Shown: positions 56,297 to 64,000 of the stretch, piece by piece | Layout of the letters: each line of letters begins with the position of its first letter | Position numbering within the stretch: the first letter of the stretch is position 1 | Assembly (NCBI GenBank): GCA_963695555.1 | Contig: CAVOGR010000007.1 | Coordinates: 480,001 to 544,000, forward strand | Length of the DNA stretch: 64,000 nt | Source of the DNA: an uncultured Gemmatimonadales bacterium | GTDB taxonomy: Bacteria > Gemmatimonadota > Gemmatimonadetes > Gemmatimonadales > GWC2-71-9 | Direction of reading: 5' to 3' | Notes under the pieces: model-generated | What the model saw: the letters and a program-made list of their open reading frames with translations, nothing else | Told to the model about the DNA's origin: nothing | Databases searched by the model: none | Translations under genes and position numbers: made by a program

Positions 56297-57406
56297 CTAT
56301 GGAGCCCGCGTCTTAGAGGGGGGGTCTGGCCTGGGGCGCGTGGTCACCAGCTGATGCAGAACGGTTATGCCGATGGTCACGGCGGTGAGGGGCACCACCA
56401 CATACAGCACCACCGAACGATAGGAGGTTTCTGCAGCCGGATGTGAAGCTCCCACGATGAGATATCCGGTATAGAGCAGGTACAACCCGAACAAGAGCAG
56501 GCCCTCCAAACGGGCAATGCGGCCGCCGGTAAAGAAGATCGGCAGGCACACGGCCGCGACCGCCATCATCACCGGGAGATGGAGCTGAAGCGTTTCGGCT
56601 GAGACCGTGAGGTCTCGTGCGGCCAGCGCACTGAGCCCAAGCACCGCGAGCACATTGAAGATGTTGCTCCCTATCACATTACCGACCGCAATATCCCGCT
56701 CCCCTTTGAACGCCGCTACGATCGACGTGGCCACCTCCGGCAGCGACGTGCCTGCAGCGACGATGGTGAGGCCGATGACGAGATCGCCGACCCCCATCGC
56801 GGCCGCGAGCGCCACCGCGCCATTAACCATCCAGCGTGAGCCCAAGACCAGCATGGCAAGGCCGGCCACGATCAGGAGCACGTGGAGGGCGACCGGGCGC
56901 ACGCCCCGGAGAGTCGTGCCGAATTCTGCCGTATAGTCGGCCGCGACCGACGGATCGTCGGAGCGGCCTTTCAGGACGGCGAACGCGGTGTACACAATGA
57001 AGCCGGCGAAGAGGGCAGCACCCTCCGGCCGGCTGATGTGCCCGTCGGTTCCCACAATCAGGAAGAGGACAGACGTCGCAATCATGATCGGGACTTCAAC
57101 CCGGACCAGCCGTTGGGACACGACAAGCGGCGTGATCATCGCCGAGATACCGAGTATGAACAACACGTTGAAGATGTTGCTTCCGACCACATTGCCGAGT
57201 GCAATGTCAGATCCGGCCGGGCCGGACAGCGCGGCCCGAACGCTGACCGCAAGCTCCGGGGCGCTGGTGCCGAAGGCCACCACCGTCAAGCCGATGACCA
57301 GCGACGAAATGCCCACCGACCGCCCCAGGCGCACGGCGCCGCGCACCAAGGCCTCGGCGCCGCCGACCAACAGCACCAATCCGAAGAAGAACTGCAACAC
57401 GACCAT
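56297..57406 (-). CDS. Ca2+/Na+ antiporter (YrbG family)
   Basis: Two alpha-repeats GTSAPE and GTSLPE, each followed by GNVxGSNIFN. Confidence 0.95.
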   Translation of the reverse strand: MVVLQFFFGLVLLVGGAEALVRGAVRLGRSVGISSLVIGLTVVAFGTSAPELAVSVRAALSGPAGSDIALGNVVGSNIFNVLFILGISAMITPLVVSQRLVRVEVPIMIATSVLFLIVGTDGHISRPEGAALFAGFIVYTAFAVLKGRSDDPSVAADYTAEFGTTLRGVRPVALHVLLIVAGLAMLVLGSRWMVNGAVALAAAMGVGDLVIGLTIVAAGTSLPEVATSIVAAFKGERDIAVGNVIGSNIFNVLAVLGLSALAARDLTVSAETLQLHLPVMMAVAAVCLPIFFTGGRIARLEGLLLFGLYLLYTGYLIVGASHPAAETSYRSVVLYVVVPLTAVTIGITVLHQLVTTRPRPDPPSKTRAP

Positions 57407-57423
57407 GTGAGCTCGGTACTGCC

Positions 57424-57786
57424 TCAGGAATCGCGGTGGACTGTCTCCGGGTCGAACGCCGGCAGGCAGACCGCCACATACTCCGCACCGCCGGGCTCCG
57501 GGCATGAATACCGAACCCACTCGCCGGGATGGGTCACCACGGCCTGCCCCGACCGCACATCGAGCGTCCCACCCTCGTGGTCCACGCGCACGAGACCCTG
57601 AAGCACGAGAGTGATCTCCTCAAACTCCGGCCGCTGACCGGGTTCCTCCCATCCCTCGGGCGCTACCATCCGAGCCACGCTCACCTTCACGTGACCGGTG
57701 TTGACGCGGCCGGTGTATTCCTCGATCCGCTTCGGTTTGTTGCCGGCGGCCTCGATGATGGTCGGACCGGCGATGAGCGTGGGCAT
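57424..57786 (-). CDS. Cupin domain protein
   Basis: KRIEEYTGRVN, WEEPGQRPEFEE, GEWVRYS, VCLPAF. Confidence 0.88.
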   Translation of the reverse strand: MPTLIAGPTIIEAAGNKPKRIEEYTGRVNTGHVKVSVARMVAPEGWEEPGQRPEFEEITLVLQGLVRVDHEGGTLDVRSGQAVVTHPGEWVRYSCPEPGGAEYVAVCLPAFDPETVHRDS

Positions 57787-57832
57787 GGGCCCTCCGGATA
57801 CCGCGGGGAGACGGCGGCCGCGAAGGCCGTGC

Positions 57833-58675
57833 CTAGGACTGATGGGAAATGAGGTACGACAGCCGAGAGCACAGCTCGGACTGGGTCACGCCGGCCAGGT
57901 CGGGCGAGACGCTCTCGAGCAGCACGTGAAGCGCCCGGCTCCCATAGGACAGGAGCTTTCGTCGGTCGGCCATTTCATCGAGCGTGCTCACCATGGTGCG
58001 GCGGCGGACCCGGAGATTCTCCATGCGCCGGTCGCAGGTCATCCCGCCAAACCTGCTCTCGCAATCTTTCGCCAGAGCGGCGAGCCGCGTCCGGATCTGG
58101 TGCGGATCGCGGGTGCCGAGGTCGACGACTCCTTCCACAAAGCTGATCCTCCGCTTTGCGCCGCCCACCGGCGTGAACAGATCCAAGAATGCCAAATCCG
58201 ATTCGTCCGGTTCGGCCTCCATTCGGTGCGAGGCACTCAAGGCACCGAGCATGGCACTCGAACTGGGTTTCCCGACCCATGAGGCGGTAGTCGACTTGGT
58301 ACGGCCGGCGCCCGGTTGATCGGGAGGCTTGCAGTAGACCAGTTGCCCAGGTTGGTCGAAGGGAATCTCGAACACATCACCGTCCACCGTAACCGACAAG
58401 TGCGTGCCGGTCAGCTCGAACTTGGCGGCGCGGAGCTGTTTCGGGACGCCGGCCAAATCGGTGGCTCTGAGTATCGCGGTCCGAAGCCCGGCCTCGCCGA
58501 GAAGGTCGGCCGCGGCTGACAATTGATCGCGATTGGGCGCGGCCAGCCAGATCTCGGGGGCCGGGTAATTCGCCTTGATCCGCGCCTCGGCAGGGGCGAG
58601 CTGAAGCACCGCAGCCGCTTTCACCGCGTCGACCTCGGTGTGCGGTGGATTGGAAACCACGAGTGAGTAATCCAT
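57833..58675 (-). CDS. Hypothetical protein
   Basis: 280-aa ORF, GAAGGA RBS, normal globular composition, co-oriented with neighbours. Confidence 0.65.
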   Translation of the reverse strand: MDYSLVVSNPPHTEVDAVKAAAVLQLAPAEARIKANYPAPEIWLAAPNRDQLSAAADLLGEAGLRTAILRATDLAGVPKQLRAAKFELTGTHLSVTVDGDVFEIPFDQPGQLVYCKPPDQPGAGRTKSTTASWVGKPSSSAMLGALSASHRMEAEPDESDLAFLDLFTPVGGAKRRISFVEGVVDLGTRDPHQIRTRLAALAKDCESRFGGMTCDRRMENLRVRRRTMVSTLDEMADRRKLLSYGSRALHVLLESVSPDLAGVTQSELCSRLSYLISHQS

Positions 58676-58789
58676 CGGTTCCTTCCGGAGGGGTGGTCGT
58701 CCACCAATCACATGGATACGGGGGCTCCTCGACGCCACACAAACTTAGCCATACGGCCGCTGGATTCCATGGGCGAAGAGGTCGCAGGC

Positions 58790-59164
58790 TCAGTCGCCTG
58801 GCATCTCCTCCACGGCCAACTGCATGTACATGAACGCGGCCGCCTCATCGCTCAACGGGTTAGTGCCAAACGAGTCGAGCCACACCGTAATGCGGGCTTG
58901 ATGGGGTGCAATAGCCCTCCGGAGTGTCTCCCGGTCGGCCGACGGCGACTGCGCGATGAACGTCGCGCGCTCCACGTCGTCTCCGATGCCCCAAACCTGG
59001 GCGAAAGGAGTGAGCGAGCGCAGGGGTTCGGGCACCTGCTCAGGGTCGAGTTGTATCTTCGCGGCCTGCCCCTCCGCGCCGGCGGAAGCATCTCCAGGTC
59101 GGCAGGAACTACATCCGGACATCACCACGCCAAGAAGCACGACGAAACTGAGATAGCGTTTCAT
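58790..59164 (-). CDS. Hypothetical lipoprotein
   Basis: Lipobox-like VMSGC; VPEPLR..WGIGDD. Confidence 0.7.
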   Translation of the reverse strand: MKRYLSFVVLLGVVMSGCSSCRPGDASAGAEGQAAKIQLDPEQVPEPLRSLTPFAQVWGIGDDVERATFIAQSPSADRETLRRAIAPHQARITVWLDSFGTNPLSDEAAAFMYMQLAVEEMPGD

Positions 59165-59188
59165 GGGACCAGTTCCTCTCGAGGTTTC

Positions 59189-59857
59189 CTAGGCTTCCGA
59201 ACAGGCAACCCGGTAGCGGCACAACCAATAGTAAGTCAACGGGACGAATTCCACGTCGCGGGCCACCGGCTCGAGGGATGCGCGCAGGTCCCGTCTGCGC
59301 GGGAAGTTCTTCAGAATCTCATGCTGAGATCCGTCCGCCAGCTGCCGGATCTGGTAGGTATTGCCTGCGGCGTCGATCCGGGAGATGGGCGTGCTGTTTC
59401 CTTCCACGAAGGAATTGTCCATCAGGGCCACCAGCGCACCCGGCCTCAGGTGGGCATGGAAGGCCTGGAGGAATCGGGTGGTCTCATCCTTGGGAATATG
59501 GGACCACCAGAAGCCGGCGAAGCCGGCAGAATAGGTCCCTGACAGACCTTCGAGCGAAAAGGCGTCGGCCTCGAGCAGCGATACGTCGCAAGCACCGAAG
59601 TCCTTCTTCTTGGCATACTCCAGCACTTCTCGGCTCACATCCGTGGCCACAATCGACCGGGCGCTTTGGGCAATGAACTGGGTCCAGTAGCCCGTCCCGC
59701 AGGCAACCTCGAGTACATCCTCCCCAGCAAAGGCCTGCATGACTGCGCGCTCCAGCCAGCGAAGCTCTGGCTGGCGCTCGGGCCGCAGGTACATGTCTTC
59801 GTATTCGCCGGCCCGACGAGCGTAAAACTGAATAATGTCGGTCTGGAGTTCGGCCAT
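59189..59857 (-). CDS. Class I SAM-dependent methyltransferase
   Basis: VLEVACGTGYWT, ADAF, GFWWSH. Confidence 0.92.
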   Translation of the reverse strand: MAELQTDIIQFYARRAGEYEDMYLRPERQPELRWLERAVMQAFAGEDVLEVACGTGYWTQFIAQSARSIVATDVSREVLEYAKKKDFGACDVSLLEADAFSLEGLSGTYSAGFAGFWWSHIPKDETTRFLQAFHAHLRPGALVALMDNSFVEGNSTPISRIDAAGNTYQIRQLADGSQHEILKNFPRRRDLRASLEPVARDVEFVPLTYYWLCRYRVACSEA

Positions 59858-59891
59858 GAGCCGCCTTCTGGCTGGAACCACCGCAGATGCG

Positions 59892-60461
59892 CTACTCGGT
59901 CGCCAGCATCGTGGGTTGCGCGTAAGGCCGGGCCCCGACGAATTCCTTCGGTACCACCTTTCGCTTGGCACTCCACTCGTCGATGGTGATGCGATAGACC
60001 GACGTACGGTCGAGTTCCGCAGAAGTAATTGCCTGATAGTCTTTACCCGGCACGAGGTCCGGACAGTACTTGTCGAGCAGCGCCTGCAGCGCCCTTCCTG
60101 CCTCCACCTGGTCGGCGGCAATCGACGCGCGTCCGAAGATCACGACCGAGGCATATTCGGCGCTGAACTCGAGTGCGGTATCGGCCGGGAGCAGCCGACC
60201 AAGCTCGAACACGGTGAACGCAACCCGCTCATCGCCTTCCACGTTGTCTCGAGTCTCTCCAATCCGAGCGGTGTGGGTATAGATGGCACCGGCATCTTCG
60301 TCGAAGACGAAGAGATTGGAATTCACAAACGGCTGTCCGTCCCGCACGGTCGCGAGCACGCCCACACCGGCTGAGTGGAGCATGGCCTTGATCCAGGCTT
60401 CGTCCGAGACGCTCCGATCGCGCCGCCGGGCCTTTCGGAGGTGGATCCGGTCTCTGGTCAT
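59892..60461 (-). CDS. Pyridoxamine 5'-phosphate oxidase-like (NimA/NimC) flavin-binding protein
   Basis: RRRDR, GVLAT..GQPF, IYTHTA, YASVVIFG, ALLDKY. Confidence 0.88.
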   Translation of the reverse strand: MTRDRIHLRKARRRDRSVSDEAWIKAMLHSAGVGVLATVRDGQPFVNSNLFVFDEDAGAIYTHTARIGETRDNVEGDERVAFTVFELGRLLPADTALEFSAEYASVVIFGRASIAADQVEAGRALQALLDKYCPDLVPGKDYQAITSAELDRTSVYRITIDEWSAKRKVVPKEFVGARPYAQPTMLATE

Positions 60462-60474
60462 CGCATCTCGCCGG

Positions 60475-60963
60475 TTAGAGTGCTTTCGACTGTAATGGCA
60501 TCACCATGGGCGGCCCGACATCGCCGATGTGCCGAGCCAGGTACCCGGCGACATCGGACACCTCGCTGGATAGAAACGTTGAGATGTACGCGTCGCGCTC
60601 CGCCCAGATCACTTCGAGGTCCCACACACAGAACGACTCGCCGCCTGCGGCCGGGCGCCAGCCCTTCCCGTCGTCAACTGACCGGGCGAACACCCGCGTG
60701 GGGAGTTCATTCTCACGATCCCACCAGCTCACCACGGTATAGTCGATGCCCTCCCCATGGTGCGCGATCACGAAGCCGACGCCGGGCCGGCCCTCATCAA
60801 TCGCCGGTGCCGGTAACGACGAACGCACGAGAGCGAGGCCGCCCTCGAACTCGGTCCAATCGACGTCCGACCCGTCAAACGAGATCGAATACAGCTTGAG
60901 CCGCCAGCCGTCGAGGCTGAGAAGCTGGTGGAATCTGATCGAGCGTGGTCGGTAGGCTTTCAT
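60475..60963 (-). CDS. Hypothetical protein
   Basis: WRLKLYSI, GFVIAHHG, WWDRENEL, CVWDLEVIWAERDAY; looks like a conserved family I cannot name. Confidence 0.75.
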   Translation of the reverse strand: MKAYRPRSIRFHQLLSLDGWRLKLYSISFDGSDVDWTEFEGGLALVRSSLPAPAIDEGRPGVGFVIAHHGEGIDYTVVSWWDRENELPTRVFARSVDDGKGWRPAAGGESFCVWDLEVIWAERDAYISTFLSSEVSDVAGYLARHIGDVGPPMVMPLQSKAL

Positions 60964-61023
60964 GGGTGCCGGATAGAAAGTGCGCGCTGCACTGGATCTA
61001 GGCCAGTGGTTCGAGTAGGTCGG

Positions 61024-61302
61024 TCAGGCCTCTTGTCGCTCATCCCCGTTCGCCGTCCGCTCCAGGTACTCGTGGCCCTTCCAGGTCAATCGAATGGGCC
61101 GCGGCCTGATGCGGCCGTCGTCGCTGATGCCATGAGTGCTGGCCGTGATCATCCCGGCTTCGTGGAGCAACAGGACATGGTAGCCGACCGCGTCTTCACC
61201 GTACCCCTCGAGCTGGAGGTCGATGGGGACATCGCTGAAATCGTAGGGCGCCGCCTCGATGGTCTTCAGAATGCGCGCGAGGAGGATGGAATCTCGTTTC
61301 AT
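61024..61302 (-). CDS. DUF2513-like winged-helix protein
   Basis: MKRD..L.RIL, YHVLLLHEAG, RLTWKGHEYL. Confidence 0.82.
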   Translation of the reverse strand: MKRDSILLARILKTIEAAPYDFSDVPIDLQLEGYGEDAVGYHVLLLHEAGMITASTHGISDDGRIRPRPIRLTWKGHEYLERTANGDERQEA

Positions 61303-61409
61303 GGTCAGTCGTGCCTTCCACGGAAACAGTGCTCAGGCAGATTTACACGTGTGGATTATGGGGCACGAGCCCACGCCGCGCCACTCCACGAGGGGCACAC
61401 AACAGGCCG

Positions 61410-61446
61410 ACAAAACAAGAGCGGCGCCCCCATCGGGACGCCGCTC
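61410..61446 (-). terminator. Intrinsic terminator downstream of atpH
   Basis: GAGCGGCG/CGCCGCTC stem followed on the minus strand by TTGTTTTGT. Confidence 0.85.
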
Positions 61447-61492
61447 AACCTACCCCCCACCTCCTACCTTCCTACTTCCTCCGAACCTGGCG

Positions 61493-62029
61493 TCACTTCG
61501 CTAACAGCTGCCGCCTCAGCATGGTCATCCGCCGCCTCACCGAGCCGTCGTAGAATCGAGTGCCCACCCGCACGATCGTGCCGCCCAGGATCGCCGGGTC
61601 GAGATGGTAGCGGGCGATGACTTCCTTACCCAGTACCTGTTCGAGCGCGGCCTGAATGGTCTCCTGAAGCTTCGGGTCGGGCTCGCGCGCCAGGGTAACG
61701 TCGGCACGCACCCGGTTGAACGCCACGTCCACCAAGGCGAGATACTTCTGCGCTATCTCGCTGAACAGGAGCTGGCGGCCGCGTTTCACCACGGCCTGGA
61801 GGAACAGCACGAATTCCCGCGGGGCCTCCGGCAGCGCTGCCGCCAGGAGGCGTGCCTTTTCGGTCTTGGTAACCCGTGGCGACGCGAACACCATGTGCAC
61901 CTGGGGTGAGGCCCCCACCGCCCCGGCAACCGCGGAAAGGAGGTCGGCATACTCCTCCAGCCGGCCGCTTGCCTGCGCCAGATGGAACAGCGCCTCGGCG
62001 TAATTCTCCGCGATGGTTTCCTTGCTCAC
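61493..62029 (-). CDS. atpH: ATP synthase F1 delta subunit
   Basis: IAENYAEALF, DPAILGG, YDGSV. Confidence 0.93.
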   Translation of the reverse strand: MSKETIAENYAEALFHLAQASGRLEEYADLLSAVAGAVGASPQVHMVFASPRVTKTEKARLLAAALPEAPREFVLFLQAVVKRGRQLLFSEIAQKYLALVDVAFNRVRADVTLAREPDPKLQETIQAALEQVLGKEVIARYHLDPAILGGTIVRVGTRFYDGSVRRRMTMLRRQLLAK

Positions 62030-62592
62030 GTCCGCGACCCCGGGGTCCGCATCGTCGCCATCGACGCCAAGTACTTCTCCACGAGGTGCCGATCGGTCTC
62101 GGCGCTCATGCGCTCCTCGATCAGCTTGGACGCAGCCGCGAGCGAAAGGTCGACTGCCTCACGCCGGAGCTGGACGATGGCCTTGTCGCGCTCCGCGCTG
62201 ATTTCCCGCCGGGCCCGCTCGAGCAGCGCGTCCTGCTCCTTCTTGGTACGCTCCACGGCCAGGCTGCGCTCCCGATCGGCGGCCTGCTTGGCATCGCCGA
62301 TCATCTGCTGCGCCGAGCCGCGGGCCTCGGCCAACAACCGCTGATTCTCTTCCGCCAGCTGCTGGGCCTTGAGGTTGGCCTCTTCGGCCTTGGTGAGGTA
62401 CGCCTGGACCGACCGTTCCCGCTCTTCCGTGGCCCGGACGATGGATGGCCACGCGTACCGCTTGAGCAGGAAAAACAGCGTGATGAAGACAATCCAGGTC
62501 CAGAAGAAGATGCCGAAGTTCACCTCGAACGGTGAGGCCGGCGCACCGGCCTCCTCCGCCAGAAGCAGCAAGGTCAACATGCCCGTCTCCAT
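62026..62592 (-). CDS. atpF: ATP synthase F0 b subunit
   Basis: TM FFWTWIVFITLFFLLKRYAWP followed by a coiled coil; start 62592 or 62580. Confidence 0.93.
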   Translation of the reverse strand: METGMLTLLLLAEEAGAPASPFEVNFGIFFWTWIVFITLFFLLKRYAWPSIVRATEERERSVQAYLTKAEEANLKAQQLAEENQRLLAEARGSAQQMIGDAKQAADRERSLAVERTKKEQDALLERARREISAERDKAIVQLRREAVDLSLAAASKLIEERMSAETDRHLVEKYLASMATMRTPGSRT

Positions 62593-62599
62593 CCGCGGC

Positions 62600-62887
62600 T
62601 CAGCCGAGGAAGTTGAAGAGCAGCGCGAACACGAGGGCGATGATCGTGGCTCCCTCGAGCAGCACCGCGATGAGCAGCGCCGCGCCCCGGATCTCGCCCG
62701 CGGCCTCCGGCTGCCGCGCGATGGCCTCGGCCGCCTGGCCGCCGATGCGTCCCAGACCGATCCCGGCCCCGATGATGGCGAGCCCAAGCGATAAGGCCGC
62801 GCCGAAGAGCGCGTAGGTGTTCCTGGCGGCGTCGACCGTCGCCTGTGCCTGCGACAACTCTTGCACTGTGAGCAGCAAGTCCGTCAT
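62600..62887 (-). CDS. atpE: ATP synthase F0 c subunit
   Basis: GAGIGLG, ARQPE, LLEG; lacks the Q...E-S/T sodium signature, so probably proton-coupled. Confidence 0.96.
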   Translation of the reverse strand: MTDLLLTVQELSQAQATVDAARNTYALFGAALSLGLAIIGAGIGLGRIGGQAAEAIARQPEAAGEIRGAALLIAVLLEGATIIALVFALLFNFLG

Positions 62888-62907
62888 GTGGGTGTCCTCA
62901 TTGGTTT

Positions 62908-63070
62908 ACGGGAGATTCGCCATGTGCCGCGCCCCCTCGGCTCGGACCCGCGTCTCCCGGCGCGAGTCCCGCCTGGCGCCCGCCAACGGCCCGAAGGCCA
63001 GCGAGCCTTCCCGACCACCCGGCCGGGTACGATGGAGGCGGCGCTGAGCGCGCGGGCCGCCTCCTCCCAT
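62908..63070 (-). ncRNA. Candidate multi-stem RNA element in the atpB-atpE spacer
   Basis: Several nested stems including a C(UUCG)G tetraloop; see findings. Confidence 0.45.
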
Positions 63071-63078
63071 CTGTGCAA

Positions 63079-63942
63079 CTAGTGCTCGTGCTGCATGAGG
63101 CCGATGAATACGGCGCTCAGGAGCGCGAACACATACGCCTGCAAGAAGGCGACAATCAACTCCAACATCATGATCCCCACCACCAAGGCCGCGGTGAGAA
63201 TACCGATGCCCCAGTTCCAGACCGCGAGGTCGCCGAAGAGGAAGATGATGCCGAATAGGGACAGGATCACGAAGTGGCCGGCGGTCATGTTGCCGAACAG
63301 TCGCACCGCCAACGCAAACGGCTTGACCAGCTTGCCCAGGATTTCGATCGGTGCCATCGCCACGGTCAGCACCGCCCCGCCTACTCCGCCCACACCGGGC
63401 ATCTTCGGGAAGATGGTGCGCAGGTACCCGCCGGGTCCGAGTTTCAGCAACCCGCCGATCTCCACCACGAAGAACACCAGGATGGCCAGCGCCCCGGTCA
63501 CTGCCAGGTTGCCGGTGGGCGTGGAGCCCCACGGCAGGAGGCCCATCAGATTGGAATACAGGATGAAGAAGAACAACGCCATGATCAGCGGGGCGAACTT
63601 CGCCCCGTCGTGGCCGATGTTGGCGATGGCGATTTCATTGCGCACGAAGAGGACGAAGGCCTCGACCGCGTTGGCAAAGCCGTGCGGCGCCTTTTCACCG
63701 GCCCGCTGCCGCTCCAGCTGGCGGCCGGCGAGTTTCATGGTGAGAAAGACCAACGCCGCCGCCACTATCATGAAGAAGACGTGCTTGGTCGGCGACAAAT
63801 TGACCGTCCACGACCCAATGTGGATGTCCGGCCAGCGCGGCAGGTGGATGGTGAACAACGGCTCGAAATCGACCGTCCACGCGTCGGCAGTGTGGTGAAG
63901 GAGGACTTCCCCGATGTCGAGTTCGTGAGCTTCCTGGATCAT
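63079..63942 (-). CDS. atpB: ATP synthase F0 a subunit
   Basis: NLMGLLP, ALAVRLFGNMTAGH, LQAYVFALLS. Confidence 0.97.
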   Translation of the reverse strand: MIQEAHELDIGEVLLHHTADAWTVDFEPLFTIHLPRWPDIHIGSWTVNLSPTKHVFFMIVAAALVFLTMKLAGRQLERQRAGEKAPHGFANAVEAFVLFVRNEIAIANIGHDGAKFAPLIMALFFFILYSNLMGLLPWGSTPTGNLAVTGALAILVFFVVEIGGLLKLGPGGYLRTIFPKMPGVGGVGGAVLTVAMAPIEILGKLVKPFALAVRLFGNMTAGHFVILSLFGIIFLFGDLAVWNWGIGILTAALVVGIMMLELIVAFLQAYVFALLSAVFIGLMQHEH

Positions 63943-64000
63943 CGAAACAGGCGTGTCTCCGTAAACAAGAGCGGTACCAGCACCCCGAGAAACCCTACTG
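63939..64000 (-). CDS. 3' end of a membrane protein, probably AtpI-like (partial)
   Basis: ...VGFLGVLVPLLFTETRLFR* with TGA overlapping the atpB ATG. Confidence 0.55.
   Translation of the reverse strand, partial: VGFLGVLVPLLFTETRLFR

Noticed and set aside
62600..62887. Sodium-translocating ATP synthase
   Set aside because: The c subunit has Leu at the Gln position and Gly after the carboxylate
62884..63078. 64-aa ORF between atpB and atpE
   Set aside because: Arg/Gly-rich low-complexity translation; the region is better explained by RNA structure

Overview
GC-rich bacterial chromosomal window. Gene content and order suggest a Gemmatimonadota-like organism (inference, not tested). It is mostly housekeeping DNA: mutM plus a short UvrC-like nuclease; a late menaquinone cluster (ubiE/ubiD/ubiA/ubiX-like); an ECF sigma/zinc anti-sigma envelope module; DUF62-Mrp-NifU-nrnA-guaB; a gpmI-PTPS-fdhD-mobA-mobB-moeA run interleaved with two beta-barrel genes; htpX, an MFS transporter and yjbQ; a glutaryl-CoA dehydrogenase/ETF/ETF-QO set split by an amino-acid symporter; an icd operon; a ferredoxin-cupin-nucleotidyltransferase-LeuA-like-DUF885-SDR operon; about 15 kb of loosely linked accessory genes including a TetR-controlled ABC exporter; and atpB-E-F-H without adjacent F1 genes. 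I found no rRNA, canonical tRNA, CRISPR array, integrase or transposase. Five genes carry small indels without premature stops, probably read errors. The most interesting signals are two unannotated structured-RNA candidates (40182-40344 and 62908-63070), an ECF-type promoter overlapping the sigma gene stop codon, an ETF-QO missing one Fe-S cysteine, an atypical PTPS in a Moco operon, a short LeuA-family synthase near icd, and G-rich heptamer repeats at gene ends. All calls come from reading motifs by eye; no database search was run.
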